A stretch of DNA of 64,000 nt from a virus. Position 1 is the stretch's first letter. Each line of letters starts with the position of its first letter. The notes under the pieces were generated by a model. It was not told the DNA's origin and searched no databases. It saw only the letters and a program-made list of their open reading frames with translations. The position numbers and the translations under genes were made by a program. Below, piece by piece: positions 19,616-29,199 of the stretch. The stretch is taken from the IMG/VR virus record IMGVR_UViG_3300037067_018253. One strand, given 5' to 3'.

Positions 19616-20794
19616 CTATTTCAGCTTGTAGGTATCATTAACCTTACTGGCAAGTTGCTTGAATTGTTCGGGGGTAACTCTTTTTATTACCTCACCAAGG
19701 GTACCGTCAGTATTTACCACCTTCAGGCTTTTTAGGTACGATCTCCATGAAGCGCCATTATTACGGTCCCAATGGATGTCTGCAATCATGGTATTTAGGT
19801 CTGTTAGATTAACCCCAAGGTAGACTTCATCCGACTTTGATACCGGTGTACTTACGGATGTCGCCGGTGTTTTCTGGTCATCACGTTTTAAATCGTCCCA
19901 CATCGCAGCGGTTTTGTTTTCTGTATCCGGTGGTTGCATCGGCTTGCTTGTAGTGGTATCGGGAACAGGTGACTGCTCTTTGGCCAACGCATTATCTACC
20001 AGCTTCACACATTCAGCCGGGGTACGTCCATCCTTGATTAATTCAGTTAAAGAGGTTACCCCGAGCAGTGCATGTACTCTATCCCCGGATAGCCCGCGCT
20101 GTTTCATTTGCGCATAGAAAGAGCCCCACGGGTTATCTTTCTTTTGTTTTTGCCCCTTATCCATCCCCTCATTGAATTTTTCGGCGAGGGCACTGGATAC
20201 GCCTGGTAATGTTTTCGCAGCTGCTATCCTGGCCCTCTTGGCCGCCATCTTCCAAACCACGTTAAGGAGTTCCGCCCGGTTCGGGTTTATTATCTGGTAC
20301 TCAGTATCATTCCATTTTTTCCGGGTCTTTAGTGCCTTAATAGCCGCTTCGTCATGGTATCCCCAGTCAGCCAATTCATATTTCCTTAACCATCGGTACT
20401 TATGTTTGGTTTCCATGGTAGAGGCGGCCCCAATCCCGCATCCAACCTCTTGTCCGGTCTGGAAACTTATTAATGGCATTTCAAGGATGACTGAAATCGT
20501 GTCCTCGGTATTTGTCTCTTTAATAACCCGAACTGGCCCAGGCCGGCAGTTAAAAGAAGCTATAATCTGGTTGGCACCGGCATCCCAGAGAAATTCATCG
20601 GATATACCTGGCACAGTACCGTAATCAATCCCCTTGACCAGTGAACTATCAACCAGTTTTCGCAACAATGTCAGTGATTCCATGGTACGGTCTATATATT
20701 CCTGTGTCACCATTAACGCGGAACTGAATTGTTCCTGCTTTTGTTCTACTATCGCAGTCGTATTTTGTGTTACCAGCGCATTTTCATTTTCCAT
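19616..20794 (-). CDS. putative recombination (ssDNA-annealing-like) protein
   Basis: Position between the exonuclease and excisionase genes in the recombination module; no firm motif. Confidence 0.25.
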   Translation of the reverse strand: MENENALVTQNTTAIVEQKQEQFSSALMVTQEYIDRTMESLTLLRKLVDSSLVKGIDYGTVPGISDEFLWDAGANQIIASFNCRPGPVRVIKETNTEDTISVILEMPLISFQTGQEVGCGIGAASTMETKHKYRWLRKYELADWGYHDEAAIKALKTRKKWNDTEYQIINPNRAELLNVVWKMAAKRARIAAAKTLPGVSSALAEKFNEGMDKGQKQKKDNPWGSFYAQMKQRGLSGDRVHALLGVTSLTELIKDGRTPAECVKLVDNALAKEQSPVPDTTTSKPMQPPDTENKTAAMWDDLKRDDQKTPATSVSTPVSKSDEVYLGVNLTDLNTMIADIHWDRNNGASWRSYLKSLKVVNTDGTLGEVIKRVTPEQFKQLASKVNDTYKLK

Positions 20795-20796
20795 AA

Positions 20797-21306
20797 TTAT
20801 ACCCCCTTTTTAATTTGCTCCCATAGCTTCCGGTGCAACTCACGCAAATTAAAGACATCCTCCATATTGTAACGCAGAAGCATAGCCATGGAATCATTGT
20901 CCCCCTGTTGGTACTTTTGCCAGAGTTCGACAGCAACCTTCCCGTCTACATCCGGCAGGAGGCGTTTAATGCCAAACTGCTCCTGAATCTTCTTGAATCC
21001 GCCGTAAATGCCTTGGTTATGGCAGTAATCACACAGGTCTATATGCTTTACGTCCTCACCGGGAATGCTAAGATTGTATTTGGCATTTACAAATGGGATA
21101 TCGAAAGATGCGCCGTAATAGGTGTATATACGGGTTACCCCTTGAAGCCAATAGGTAATATTTTCCGTGGTTAAGGTCTTATCGTATAGTTGCACCAGGT
21201 TCTTGCCTTTATTACTGGATATCAACATCCCCAAAACTGTGATCAGGTTGTTTTCAGGATCAAGCCCGCTTGTTTCGATGTCTAAGTAGCAATCTACGTT
21301 CCACAT
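20797..21306 (-). CDS. DEDD-family 3'-5' exonuclease (DnaQ/epsilon-like)
   Basis: Exo I DIETSGLD, Exo III YNMEDVFNL. Confidence 0.65.
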   Translation of the reverse strand: MWNVDCYLDIETSGLDPENNLITVLGMLISSNKGKNLVQLYDKTLTTENITYWLQGVTRIYTYYGASFDIPFVNAKYNLSIPGEDVKHIDLCDYCHNQGIYGGFKKIQEQFGIKRLLPDVDGKVAVELWQKYQQGDNDSMAMLLRYNMEDVFNLRELHRKLWEQIKKGV

Positions 21307-21309
21307 GGT

Positions 21310-21540
21310 CTACCCCTTAACCTTTTCATTTAATTTATCCCCGGACCATACCGCCAGGCACTCTATGGAACAAAAATCCCGCTCCACCAGCTCTTCATTT
21401 TCAATATAGGTGGTACGGATCCATCCATCATCAGCGTACGGATACTTTTTAGGGTTCTCCAGATTGGGATATTGTGTTAATGCACGCGTCTCGCTCTTAC
21501 ATCCTTCGCGATCACATTTGTATACTTCTGAGTACGCCAT
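21310..21540 (-). CDS. small Cys-containing protein
   Basis: RBS aagggggtaacaaataATG; CDREGC...CSIEC. Confidence 0.4.
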   Translation of the reverse strand: MAYSEVYKCDREGCKSETRALTQYPNLENPKKYPYADDGWIRTTYIENEELVERDFCSIECLAVWSGDKLNEKVKG

Positions 21541-21566
21541 TATTTGTTACCCCCTTAAAAAAACTA

Positions 21567-21596
21567 TTGACAATTACAAACATTATCTGATAATAT
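21567..21596 (+). promoter_or_regulatory. sigma-70/sigma-A-type promoter (TTGACA-18 nt-TAATAT)
   Basis: Near-consensus hexamers read directly; divergent and partly overlapping the upstream region of 21310..21540. Confidence 0.4.
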
Positions 21597-21676
21597 AAAA
21601 GAGTCATCAGTTACCCTCGTCGGTTTTCCCTCTTATTAGACCTGAGCCGCTCGGACTTGTCCCCGGGCGGCTCAAA

Positions 21677-21865
21677 CTATTTCAATTCTTTTAAGCGGTT
21701 TATTTCAGATACGGGCACATACATAACGCCAGCAATACGTACCGGGATAAAAATACCATCCTTAGCCCATTGATATATTGTTTGGCGCGATACACTCATC
21801 TCCCCCGCGGCCTGCTGCACAGACATCAAATCATCAGTATTTACCTTGAACAATATTTCTACCAT
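21677..21865 (-). CDS. HTH_17 (excisionase/MerR-like) DNA-binding protein
   Basis: MSVSRQTIYQWAKDGIFIPVRIAG. Confidence 0.55.
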   Translation of the reverse strand: MVEILFKVNTDDLMSVQQAAGEMSVSRQTIYQWAKDGIFIPVRIAGVMYVPVSEINRLKELK

Positions 21866-22217
21866 CTAATACCCCTTGTTCCATTATCTTAATGCCTGCT
21901 TAACAGGCTGTCAAGTGGTTTTTATTGTCATTCGCAAACCTCATGATTTTAATTGGAGAACCTAGGAGAATTCGAAGCTAGAATAGCTCTTTGAACCAAG
22001 TCTACTTGTCACAAAGAATCTTGAGGAAAGTCGTAGTATCTTTACTTTCTTCTACCTGTTCTTATAATGTGGAAATACATCCAAGAGCGCGCAGGAAGGC
22101 ACACAGCGCAACCATAGGGATAAAACATAGAAAGATACTAGCCAGTGGTATATAGACCTGCTGGCGATGTTCTGTGGGGCTTAAGGTCTATTCCTTGCCA
22201 TGTTGGTGCCCAGTAGT

Positions 22218-22511
22218 TCAGGCTTTACCGTTTCCCTTGTCTTTGCCAAAGCAATTATCCATCCGGCGGTCCAGCCGGGCGATTCCCTCATTGACCTCTT
22301 GCTTTGTTTCCTTGATACCGTCATGGAACTCTCTTTTGGCGTTCGCCATCTCAGTCTGTAATACCAAGGTAGTGCCGGCCACTTCTTTTTCACAAGATGA
22401 AATGCGCCCTTCGAGTTTGCCCATACAGCCTGATATTTTCCAGACAGATCCAATAACGGTAAATATAATTCCGCTTCCAGTTCCGATAATGGCTATAGTT
22501 GCTGCGTCCAT
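22218..22511 (-). CDS. holin-like small membrane protein
   Basis: N-terminal TM segment TIAIIGTGSGIIFTVIGSVW followed by coiled-coil; immediately upstream of the peptidase. Confidence 0.35.
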   Translation of the reverse strand: MDAATIAIIGTGSGIIFTVIGSVWKISGCMGKLEGRISSCEKEVAGTTLVLQTEMANAKREFHDGIKETKQEVNEGIARLDRRMDNCFGKDKGNGKA

Positions 22512-22523
22512 GACTTTTCCTTT

Positions 22524-23222
22524 CTACTTGTCTACCATTTTCCAGATATCGCCGTTAGGTAGCACGTTCTTAGTGAACATCTTGTATGGCATGGTTGATA
22601 TTCCGTTCACACCCCACAGCAACCTACCCCATGAGTTAGCTACAAGCCACCCTATCTCATCCCACCCAATAATTCTGAAGGCATGACCGCCGGCATTATT
22701 ACCATGTGGTTCAGGGAACATAGCCTTGGCATTATTCCAACTTTCAAACCACAGGCAAGCCGCGACAATACTGCCGTACTGGTACAGCACCTGTTTTATC
22801 GCTTCATCAGTACTCTCCGGCCCCATCCGGTAGTAAGCCTGGATCGCCCAGTATGAATCAGGCTTTTTCTGGAAACACAGTGATCCCTTCTGCCGGCACC
22901 CTTGTTCCTGAAGTATTTTCATCACTACACGCGGATATGTGCCCGGGGTATCAGGTATGCCGTCTATCTTCTTGCATTCGTTGTATAGCCACAACCCGTC
23001 GAAATTAACACGTTGCTTCGATTGCAAGAACTCCTGGTCAGTCTTACATCCGGTTGCGGCAAAAGCGCTGCACGCCGGATCCCCATTCTGGTCGTATATA
23101 ACCGTGTCCGGCCAGACAGTGTACTTTTTGGGAAGAGGCAGCGCCTGGTAGATTAGCCGCCTTGCCTCAAAATCACGGCTATCGGGGATATCCTTGATCC
23201 ATCCAAATAATCTTTCAACCAT
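22524..23222 (-). CDS. papain-like (C1-type) cysteine peptidase, candidate lysin
   Basis: Q...C block YDQNGDPACSAFAATGC; His block GGHAFRIIGWD; Asn block ANSWG. Confidence 0.5.
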   Translation of the reverse strand: MVERLFGWIKDIPDSRDFEARRLIYQALPLPKKYTVWPDTVIYDQNGDPACSAFAATGCKTDQEFLQSKQRVNFDGLWLYNECKKIDGIPDTPGTYPRVVMKILQEQGCRQKGSLCFQKKPDSYWAIQAYYRMGPESTDEAIKQVLYQYGSIVAACLWFESWNNAKAMFPEPHGNNAGGHAFRIIGWDEIGWLVANSWGRLLWGVNGISTMPYKMFTKNVLPNGDIWKMVDK

Positions 23223-23902
23223 TATATTGCAAAATACTTTCTTTCTGATTGAAACACTTTATATAGTTGATTTACTGTGGTGGTTACTGACATGCGAAGC
23301 ATAACGATGTAACCATCAAAGGTTCTATTGAGTGTTGCAGTTCCAACTCTTGCCAATGCTCCAACATTTGGAGGCGAAGTGACTGCACCTACTACTGAGG
23401 TTACATCAGTAAAACCATTCTTATTACCAATGTAAAGCTTCCTGGCGACTGTATTTATATGTGCTACCACAAATTGCCAGGAATTCATAACAACAGAGTT
23501 GCCAGACGACTCTGTTGCTGAGTCGTGGTCAACCAAAACTCTTAGAATATTACCAGTAGAAACATAGAATGCATAACCATCATACGCAGTTGTTGCAGTG
23601 CTTTTTTCTATAATGCGACCTGATGAAGCTGCTCCTAATGTTCTCGGATAAATCCACCCATAGATAAAGCCACCTCGTGTGAATCTCATTGATGGTGAAT
23701 CAGGAATTTCACAGTAAGAAGTAGCACCATTGAAATCTCGTACAAATAATCCCGATGGCAGCCTCACCCATGTAACATTGCTGTGTGTGCCATTATTGTG
23801 CCACCGAGAATTATCTTCATAGGCTGAGGCTGGTGTCGCTATACCAGTGTAGACTCGCTCGTTTAAGACCAAATTTGTTACACTCATATAATTCCAAACC
23901 AC
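23222..23902 (-). CDS. LamG/ConA-like lectin-domain protein (paralog 4)
   Basis: DNSRWHNNGTHSNVTWVRLPSG...FDGYI; conserved C-terminus SERKYFAI. Confidence 0.55.
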   Translation of the reverse strand: MVWNYMSVTNLVLNERVYTGIATPASAYEDNSRWHNNGTHSNVTWVRLPSGLFVRDFNGATSYCEIPDSPSMRFTRGGFIYGWIYPRTLGAASSGRIIEKSTATTAYDGYAFYVSTGNILRVLVDHDSATESSGNSVVMNSWQFVVAHINTVARKLYIGNKNGFTDVTSVVGAVTSPPNVGALARVGTATLNRTFDGYIVMLRMSVTTTVNQLYKVFQSERKYFAI

Positions 23903-24708
23903 CGCTTTTCAGATTCAAAGTTATTGCGAATTTCTCCAACAGATAATACTCTTTTAGATACCTTTAATGGATGTAAAAATCCATCAAAACTAGCTGCACT
24001 AGCAGTATTATCACCGATGCGTAAATTTTCACTTGCATCAGATATAATAGCCCCTACTGGAGCTAAGGTCTCAGTGACTGTAATAGAATTTCCATTCAAT
24101 GTAAAAATAGGATTATTCGCAACATTAGAGCCATTATATGTAATCCCAATATGAGAATATTTATTTAATGGAATAACTCTATCGGATTCCCAAGTTGCCC
24201 ATCCACCTGTCCATAATACTGCAAGACCTAGTTTTACATATCCAGCAACTTCATCATAAACATAAGAATAAAATCCCAATGTTGCTAAATCACTTTTATC
24301 TATGATTCTACCAACGTCATTTTCTCCATCACTTAATGGATTTATCCATATAAGAATTGTTCCTCCAGTGATAAAAATATTCTGAATTGATGGTGAATCA
24401 GTTATTGTTATTCGACTCGAAGCTCCATTAAATGAATATAACCATTTTCCACTAGGTAGTCTTACTTGTGTTACATTAGTAAAGACGCCATTATTATGAT
24501 AACGACTTCTATCCACTAGACTCGCTGGTGGAGTAGAGTTACTATTATACCTAGCTGGATTTAGAACAATATTATCAGACATTGAACCACCTACGCTCAG
24601 ACTCATAACTTTTACCAGCATCATCAGAATTAAATAGATAATTATGTATCTCAGGTAATGCCATATACCCAGGAAGTCTCCTTGGGGTAGCTCCACCTCT
24701 AGCTCCAA
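23884..24708 (-). CDS. LamG/ConA-like lectin-domain protein (paralog 3)
   Basis: DRSRYHNNGVFTNVTQVRLPSG...FDGFL...SEKRWFGII; true start probably internal, around 24582-24606. Confidence 0.55.
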   Translation of the reverse strand: MELEVELPQGDFLGIWHYLRYIIIYLILMMLVKVMSLSVGGSMSDNIVLNPARYNSNSTPPASLVDRSRYHNNGVFTNVTQVRLPSGKWLYSFNGASSRITITDSPSIQNIFITGGTILIWINPLSDGENDVGRIIDKSDLATLGFYSYVYDEVAGYVKLGLAVLWTGGWATWESDRVIPLNKYSHIGITYNGSNVANNPIFTLNGNSITVTETLAPVGAIISDASENLRIGDNTASAASFDGFLHPLKVSKRVLSVGEIRNNFESEKRWFGII

Positions 24709-25276
24709 GCATGACTGTATTACCGACTGGATTCAGAATGTCCACAATGTTTACCAGAGTCATAACTACACCATTTAGATAAAATTCAATAGTTGAAGTC
24801 GCTATGTTCCAGACATGAATCCACTGGTTCCAACGAGTAGATAGTAATGCTGACCCTCCCAATATACCGACCGTATTGGCACCAATGCCGAGGTAAACTG
24901 CATCAAGAGTTTGACCATATCCTATAGTTATGTCTGCTGTGGTAGGAGTATTAAGGTCTTTATTAAATACCACATAATTATTTGCAAAGTTATTGAACTT
25001 TACCCAGGCTTTAAATGTCTGTTGGGTATTTAAGTATAAACTTGCTCCTGTTCCTAAAGTTATTTGGCTGGTTACACCGTCAAACGATATAGCGAAAAGA
25101 TCGGATGGTAATTGGCTCCATGTAGTACCTGCTGTAAATACTCCGTTGTTGTTATAACGAGAAGAATCAGACAATTCCAACGCAGGTGAAGTACTACCTG
25201 GAGGACTCCAGAATTTCTCACCTTGGAATACTATATTTGAGGCTTTAGACATTATAGAGCCTCCTCTCGGATTCAA
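24575..25276 (-). CDS. LamG/ConA-like lectin-domain protein (paralog 2)
   Basis: SDSSRYNNNGVFTAGTTWSQLPS...SERRWFNV. Confidence 0.55.
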   Translation of the reverse strand: MNPRGGSIMSKASNIVFQGEKFWSPPGSTSPALELSDSSRYNNNGVFTAGTTWSQLPSDLFAISFDGVTSQITLGTGASLYLNTQQTFKAWVKFNNFANNYVVFNKDLNTPTTADITIGYGQTLDAVYLGIGANTVGILGGSALLSTRWNQWIHVWNIATSTIEFYLNGVVMTLVNIVDILNPVGNTVMLGARGGATPRRLPGYMALPEIHNYLFNSDDAGKSYESERRWFNV

Positions 25277-25964
25277 AAATATGGAGTAACTGCGCTAAAT
25301 CTAATGCGTAGGTAAATATGCGTAATTTAGAGATGTAACCATCAAAGCCTCGGTCTACTGCAGCAGTTTGATTTCCAATTCTCGTTATCGAAGATACATT
25401 AGGGGGTAAAGATAATCCACCTGCGATGTTAGTAACATCACTAAAACCTTTAGCATTACCAGAATATATTTTACGGGCGGTACTATTAATATATACTACA
25501 CAAAACTGCCAAGAGTTAAGTATGATTGAATTTGCATTACTGATTGTTACCGCATCGTTATTTACTGATACTATCAAACTCCTTACATTGGTTACATTAT
25601 TAACTTGAAATCTATATCCATTTGTACCAAGTACATCACTGCCTTTATGGATAATGCGACCACCATTAGACCCTCCAAGAGTTCGTGGATAAATCCACCC
25701 TAGTATCATTCCACCACGTGTAAATCGCATACTTGGTGAATCAGGTATTTCTGCATACGCATCTAATGCACCGCCATTGCCATAGTCAGGAATCCATAAG
25801 TCGTTATTCGGAAATCCATTTAACTTATTTTGCTGGCTCCATGTGACATTAGTAAGCGCACCATTGTTACCCATCCTCGATGCGTCATATAAAGTAACAG
25901 CAGATGGGGATGCCCCACCTGCTCTACTGGCGACATCTAATATTTCACTTGAACTTAGCTTCAT
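25245..25964 (-). CDS. LamG/ConA-like lectin-domain protein (paralog 1)
   Basis: DASRMGNNGALTNVTWSQ...FDGYI...SERRLYNV. Confidence 0.55.
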   Translation of the reverse strand: MKLSSSEILDVASRAGGASPSAVTLYDASRMGNNGALTNVTWSQQNKLNGFPNNDLWIPDYGNGGALDAYAEIPDSPSMRFTRGGMILGWIYPRTLGGSNGGRIIHKGSDVLGTNGYRFQVNNVTNVRSLIVSVNNDAVTISNANSIILNSWQFCVVYINSTARKIYSGNAKGFSDVTNIAGGLSLPPNVSSITRIGNQTAAVDRGFDGYISKLRIFTYALDLAQLLHIFESERRLYNV

Positions 25965-26164
25965 TTTGTCTCGCTTGAAATATCTTTTAACTCCGGTACA
26001 TCGATATCAATGGTATCTTTGGTATTAGTCAGATAATTAAGAGCCCCGTTAACACGCTGTAATTCTGATTCAAGAGATGCCTTTTCCCTCGAGAGTTGTT
26101 TTATCTGAGATTCAATGCCTTCTCGATATTTTGAAATCGCATTTTTAGTTACATCCGATAACAT
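25961..26164 (-). CDS. small coiled-coil protein
   Basis: 67-aa heptad-rich ORF. Confidence 0.35.
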   Translation of the reverse strand: MLSDVTKNAISKYREGIESQIKQLSREKASLESELQRVNGALNYLTNTKDTIDIDVPELKDISSETK

Positions 26165-26175
26165 CTCAATACTCC

Positions 26176-26604
26176 TTAATATGTAATGGCATCATATGTA
26201 TGATACAAAACTTTGACTATTGCAGCAGAACCACCTACTGAATCCATGATTTTTGCTCTCAGCCTGCTATTGCGTGGAATTATTATTGTCTGCATCGGCA
26301 TTGAGTGTGAGCCTAATAATAAATTTGTTCTAGCAAAAGTAAGGCGACCGCACTCAGTATCAGCAGCTCCATAGTACAACACAAGTTCATAATCAGCATT
26401 TACACTCTCTCCTGATACCACTATCCAGTGAATATCGAATGGCAATGCCACTGCATTGGCTGCAATTATATCGTTGCTAAAGTTACCGAGTGTCCACGCT
26501 GCGACATTTGATGTGACTGTAATACCAGCTGCCCCACTGGGCGCAACCATTTGTGGAGAATGAATATGGTCACATAGTTCATGCAAATTACCTATCGGTG
26601 ACAT
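26176..26604 (-). CDS. structural-module hypothetical protein
   Basis: Operon context. Confidence 0.4.
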   Translation of the reverse strand: MSPIGNLHELCDHIHSPQMVAPSGAAGITVTSNVAAWTLGNFSNDIIAANAVALPFDIHWIVVSGESVNADYELVLYYGAADTECGRLTFARTNLLLGSHSMPMQTIIIPRNSRLRAKIMDSVGGSAAIVKVLYHTYDAITY

Positions 26605-26607
26605 ATT

Positions 26608-27096
26608 TTACCTCTTTGCGTCAAAGATTTCATAAGTTAAAGTATTCCAACCGCCACCAATGGCAGCTTGTTGGGTAGTAACCCGTACCCCGTAGACGCT
26701 AAATAATCTACCTGGCGTCACATCTGTATTCGTATTGCGCGGGAATGGGACGAGTATTGGTACTGGCAATGCTGCAGCTAAGAATGTTTCAGTATATAGT
26801 AATCTCAATGTGCCCGCTGGTACTATTGAGCCATAGACTCGTATCGTAGTGTCCTCACCAGCGCCAAAGTTAAGTCCTGTCCAATCGATGTAGCCACCAT
26901 AAAACTCAAATGGAGTGGTGCTAGTCTCAAGATAGAGTTGCTGTTCTGCACCAGTCATTAGCAATGTGCCTGATTGCGGCGAGCGAGCTAAATCAAGCTG
27001 TTGGTCGAGCCTGTCTGCTATAGATTGGAGAGTTTCAGCCCCGCCTTGTATTAGCAACTCAAGCCAGTAAATACGCTGCAAGTTAGTTTCTGACAT
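26608..27096 (-). CDS. structural-module hypothetical protein
   Basis: Operon context. Confidence 0.4.
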   Translation of the reverse strand: MSETNLQRIYWLELLIQGGAETLQSIADRLDQQLDLARSPQSGTLLMTGAEQQLYLETSTTPFEFYGGYIDWTGLNFGAGEDTTIRVYGSIVPAGTLRLLYTETFLAAALPVPILVPFPRNTNTDVTPGRLFSVYGVRVTTQQAAIGGGWNTLTYEIFDAKR

Positions 27097-27106
27097 ATCC
27101 CTCTCC

Positions 27107-27793
27107 CTAATTTCTCACTATGAACTCGGGGTATATTTTCACCACGCCGATCGCCGGTGTAGACGCACCCCCGGCGCCATTTAAAATATAAAAGTTCGGG
27201 AACATCGCCTGGTCCGGTAGGTTTGCAACATGGTCCGCTATCTGTGTTCCGTTCAGGAAGAATACCACGTGCCCACGGTATATCTCCATCCTGAAATTAT
27301 TTCTATTTGTAAGAGTTTCACCAAACCCGGTATTAACGGTTTCCACACCACCAAGGTCCGTGACAGTTTGAAGCGCATTTCCAGCGCCGATGAGGGCAAC
27401 CCCGATTATATCATTAGTCGTTCTCGTGCTTACCACTGTCGGCGTGAAACCGAAGAATGTTGACACATTACTCATGTTGGCAACATTAGTAAGCTGCATA
27501 ACCCATTCAAATATAATCTTCTTGATTATCGTGCTGGTGTTGTATATTGTCGGCGCGACACTCCACGCATTATTACCAACGAGCCGGCAATTTTCACTGG
27601 CCGCTGGAACTGCCGTAGCCCGCTGCATGCCACTGCTTGCGCTAATAGCCCATGCGGCCCCAGTGAGTGGTTGTGTAAGCGTCCAGCGTAATTCAGAAAT
27701 ACCCACCGGGCTTTGCCATGTTTCGATAAGCTGCTCGGTGGGGGACTGAATGGTATTAAGAATATCCTTTAATGCCCCAATTTCATCTATCAT
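27107..27793 (-). CDS. structural-module hypothetical protein
   Basis: Operon context. Confidence 0.4.
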   Translation of the reverse strand: MIDEIGALKDILNTIQSPTEQLIETWQSPVGISELRWTLTQPLTGAAWAISASSGMQRATAVPAASENCRLVGNNAWSVAPTIYNTSTIIKKIIFEWVMQLTNVANMSNVSTFFGFTPTVVSTRTTNDIIGVALIGAGNALQTVTDLGGVETVNTGFGETLTNRNNFRMEIYRGHVVFFLNGTQIADHVANLPDQAMFPNFYILNGAGGASTPAIGVVKIYPEFIVRN

Positions 27794-27795
27794 TA

Positions 27796-28482
27796 CTAAA
27801 CCCCAAACAAATCACGTTCGAGTTGGAATAGCTGATATGCTTCTGCCGCACTCAACTGCCGTCCCCATATCCGAGGACGGTACATATAACCGGAGTACTG
27901 AGGCGCGCCACCGGCATTATTACATCCGAAGTACATATTTCTTACCGCGGCGGCTGGATTCACATGTACGCCTACGCTTGAATACGCTGGCTCCGCCCCG
28001 TTTATATAGATGTGACAACTTGCCCCGGAACGAGTCGCCATAATTAAATACCACTGGTTAATCAATATTACGTTTACAGTGAATGTGCTTTGCCCTGTTC
28101 CACCTTGGCGCGTGAGAAGAGATACCTTGCCTTCGACGCTAACATTCATTGACCAACCATCGGTAATCGTTGCGCCCCGGTTCATTAACGGGTATCCCAA
28201 CAGGGCGCCGGTATTTATCCACACCATGAGGCTGAAATCCCCAGCCGTAAAATTCAGGTCAGCCGTTGCAGCCGCCGGGCACTGCAAGTAATCCGGGTGA
28301 GCTGGATTGAAAGACAAATATGGCGTGCCGTTAGCCAGGGATGCCCATGACGGCGTGCCGGTTAGCGTATGCTGGTGATGCGGCTTGGCGTTATCGTTCG
28401 TCAATACCCCGGTTTCTTCCATGAAAGGAAGGTCCAGCAGTATTTGCGAGTATAGTGATTGTTTATCATATCCAATTGTCAT
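27796..28482 (-). CDS. LamG/ConA-like lectin-domain protein (paralog 5)
   Basis: HHQHTLTGTPSWASLANGTPYLSF...FSLMVWI...LERDLFGV. Confidence 0.5.
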   Translation of the reverse strand: MTIGYDKQSLYSQILLDLPFMEETGVLTNDNAKPHHQHTLTGTPSWASLANGTPYLSFNPAHPDYLQCPAAATADLNFTAGDFSLMVWINTGALLGYPLMNRGATITDGWSMNVSVEGKVSLLTRQGGTGQSTFTVNVILINQWYLIMATRSGASCHIYINGAEPAYSSVGVHVNPAAAVRNMYFGCNNAGGAPQYSGYMYRPRIWGRQLSAAEAYQLFQLERDLFGV

Positions 28483-28488
28483 GTAAAT

Positions 28489-29199
28489 TTAAACCCCGTA
28501 ATGCGAATGTTCTAATTGAAAGATGGTTTTCATTTCCATCGCATTTAGTTCCCGTCCCCATATCCTCAATTGCCCCATGTATCCATCCCACCCGTTAGTA
28601 ATCTCATTATTTTGTATGCCCACCAGCAGTTTGTTGCCACCGGCGCAGGATACAGGGTCAATCAATGTTCCGATGGTATCCGCCACATCACCATTGATGT
28701 AAAATTGCCCCGAAGCGCCATGGCGCGTTACGCCAGCAAGGTGCCACTGAGATGGAATAAATGCGCCTACCGCGCTAATTCCGGTATGGGACCCCAACTG
28801 GCTGGTCCGGAGTGCCAGTGTATTTACACCCGGGAACATATAGAACTCAAATCCATCGACATCAACAGCCCCCTGGCACACGATTTCCTGTGCCCCTCCG
28901 AGTGCATTATTGTATACCCATGCCAGGAAGGTAAAATCTCCATTAGTGAAATTAACATCAGCACTCTCAGCGCCAGGGCACTGTAAATACTTGGAACCAC
29001 CACTGAGGTCCAGATATGGCGCACCGCCTGGTAGTGAAGCCCACGCTGCGCCACCTGTAAGGGTTAATTCATGATGAGCCTTGGCGCGGTCATAAGTAAC
29101 CAGCCCGCTCATTTCCGTGAAGGGTAAGTCTACCAGCATCTGGTAGCCTATGCCGGTCTTGTCGTAGGCTATCTTCACGATCTCAATAGTACCTCCCAA
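28489..29199 (-). CDS. LamG/ConA-like lectin-domain protein (paralog 6)
   Basis: HHELTLTGGAAWASLPGGAPYLDL...FTFLAWV...LEHSHYGV. Confidence 0.5.
   Translation of the reverse strand: MGGTIEIVKIAYDKTGIGYQMLVDLPFTEMSGLVTYDRAKAHHELTLTGGAAWASLPGGAPYLDLSGGSKYLQCPGAESADVNFTNGDFTFLAWVYNNALGGAQEIVCQGAVDVDGFEFYMFPGVNTLALRTSQLGSHTGISAVGAFIPSQWHLAGVTRHGASGQFYINGDVADTIGTLIDPVSCAGGNKLLVGIQNNEITNGWDGYMGQLRIWGRELNAMEMKTIFQLEHSHYGV

Noticed and set aside
23222-29199. Diversity-generating retroelement acting on the LamG array
   Set aside because: There is no reverse transcriptase and no template-repeat/variable-repeat pair with adenine-specific mismatches. The divergence looks like ordinary paralog evolution.
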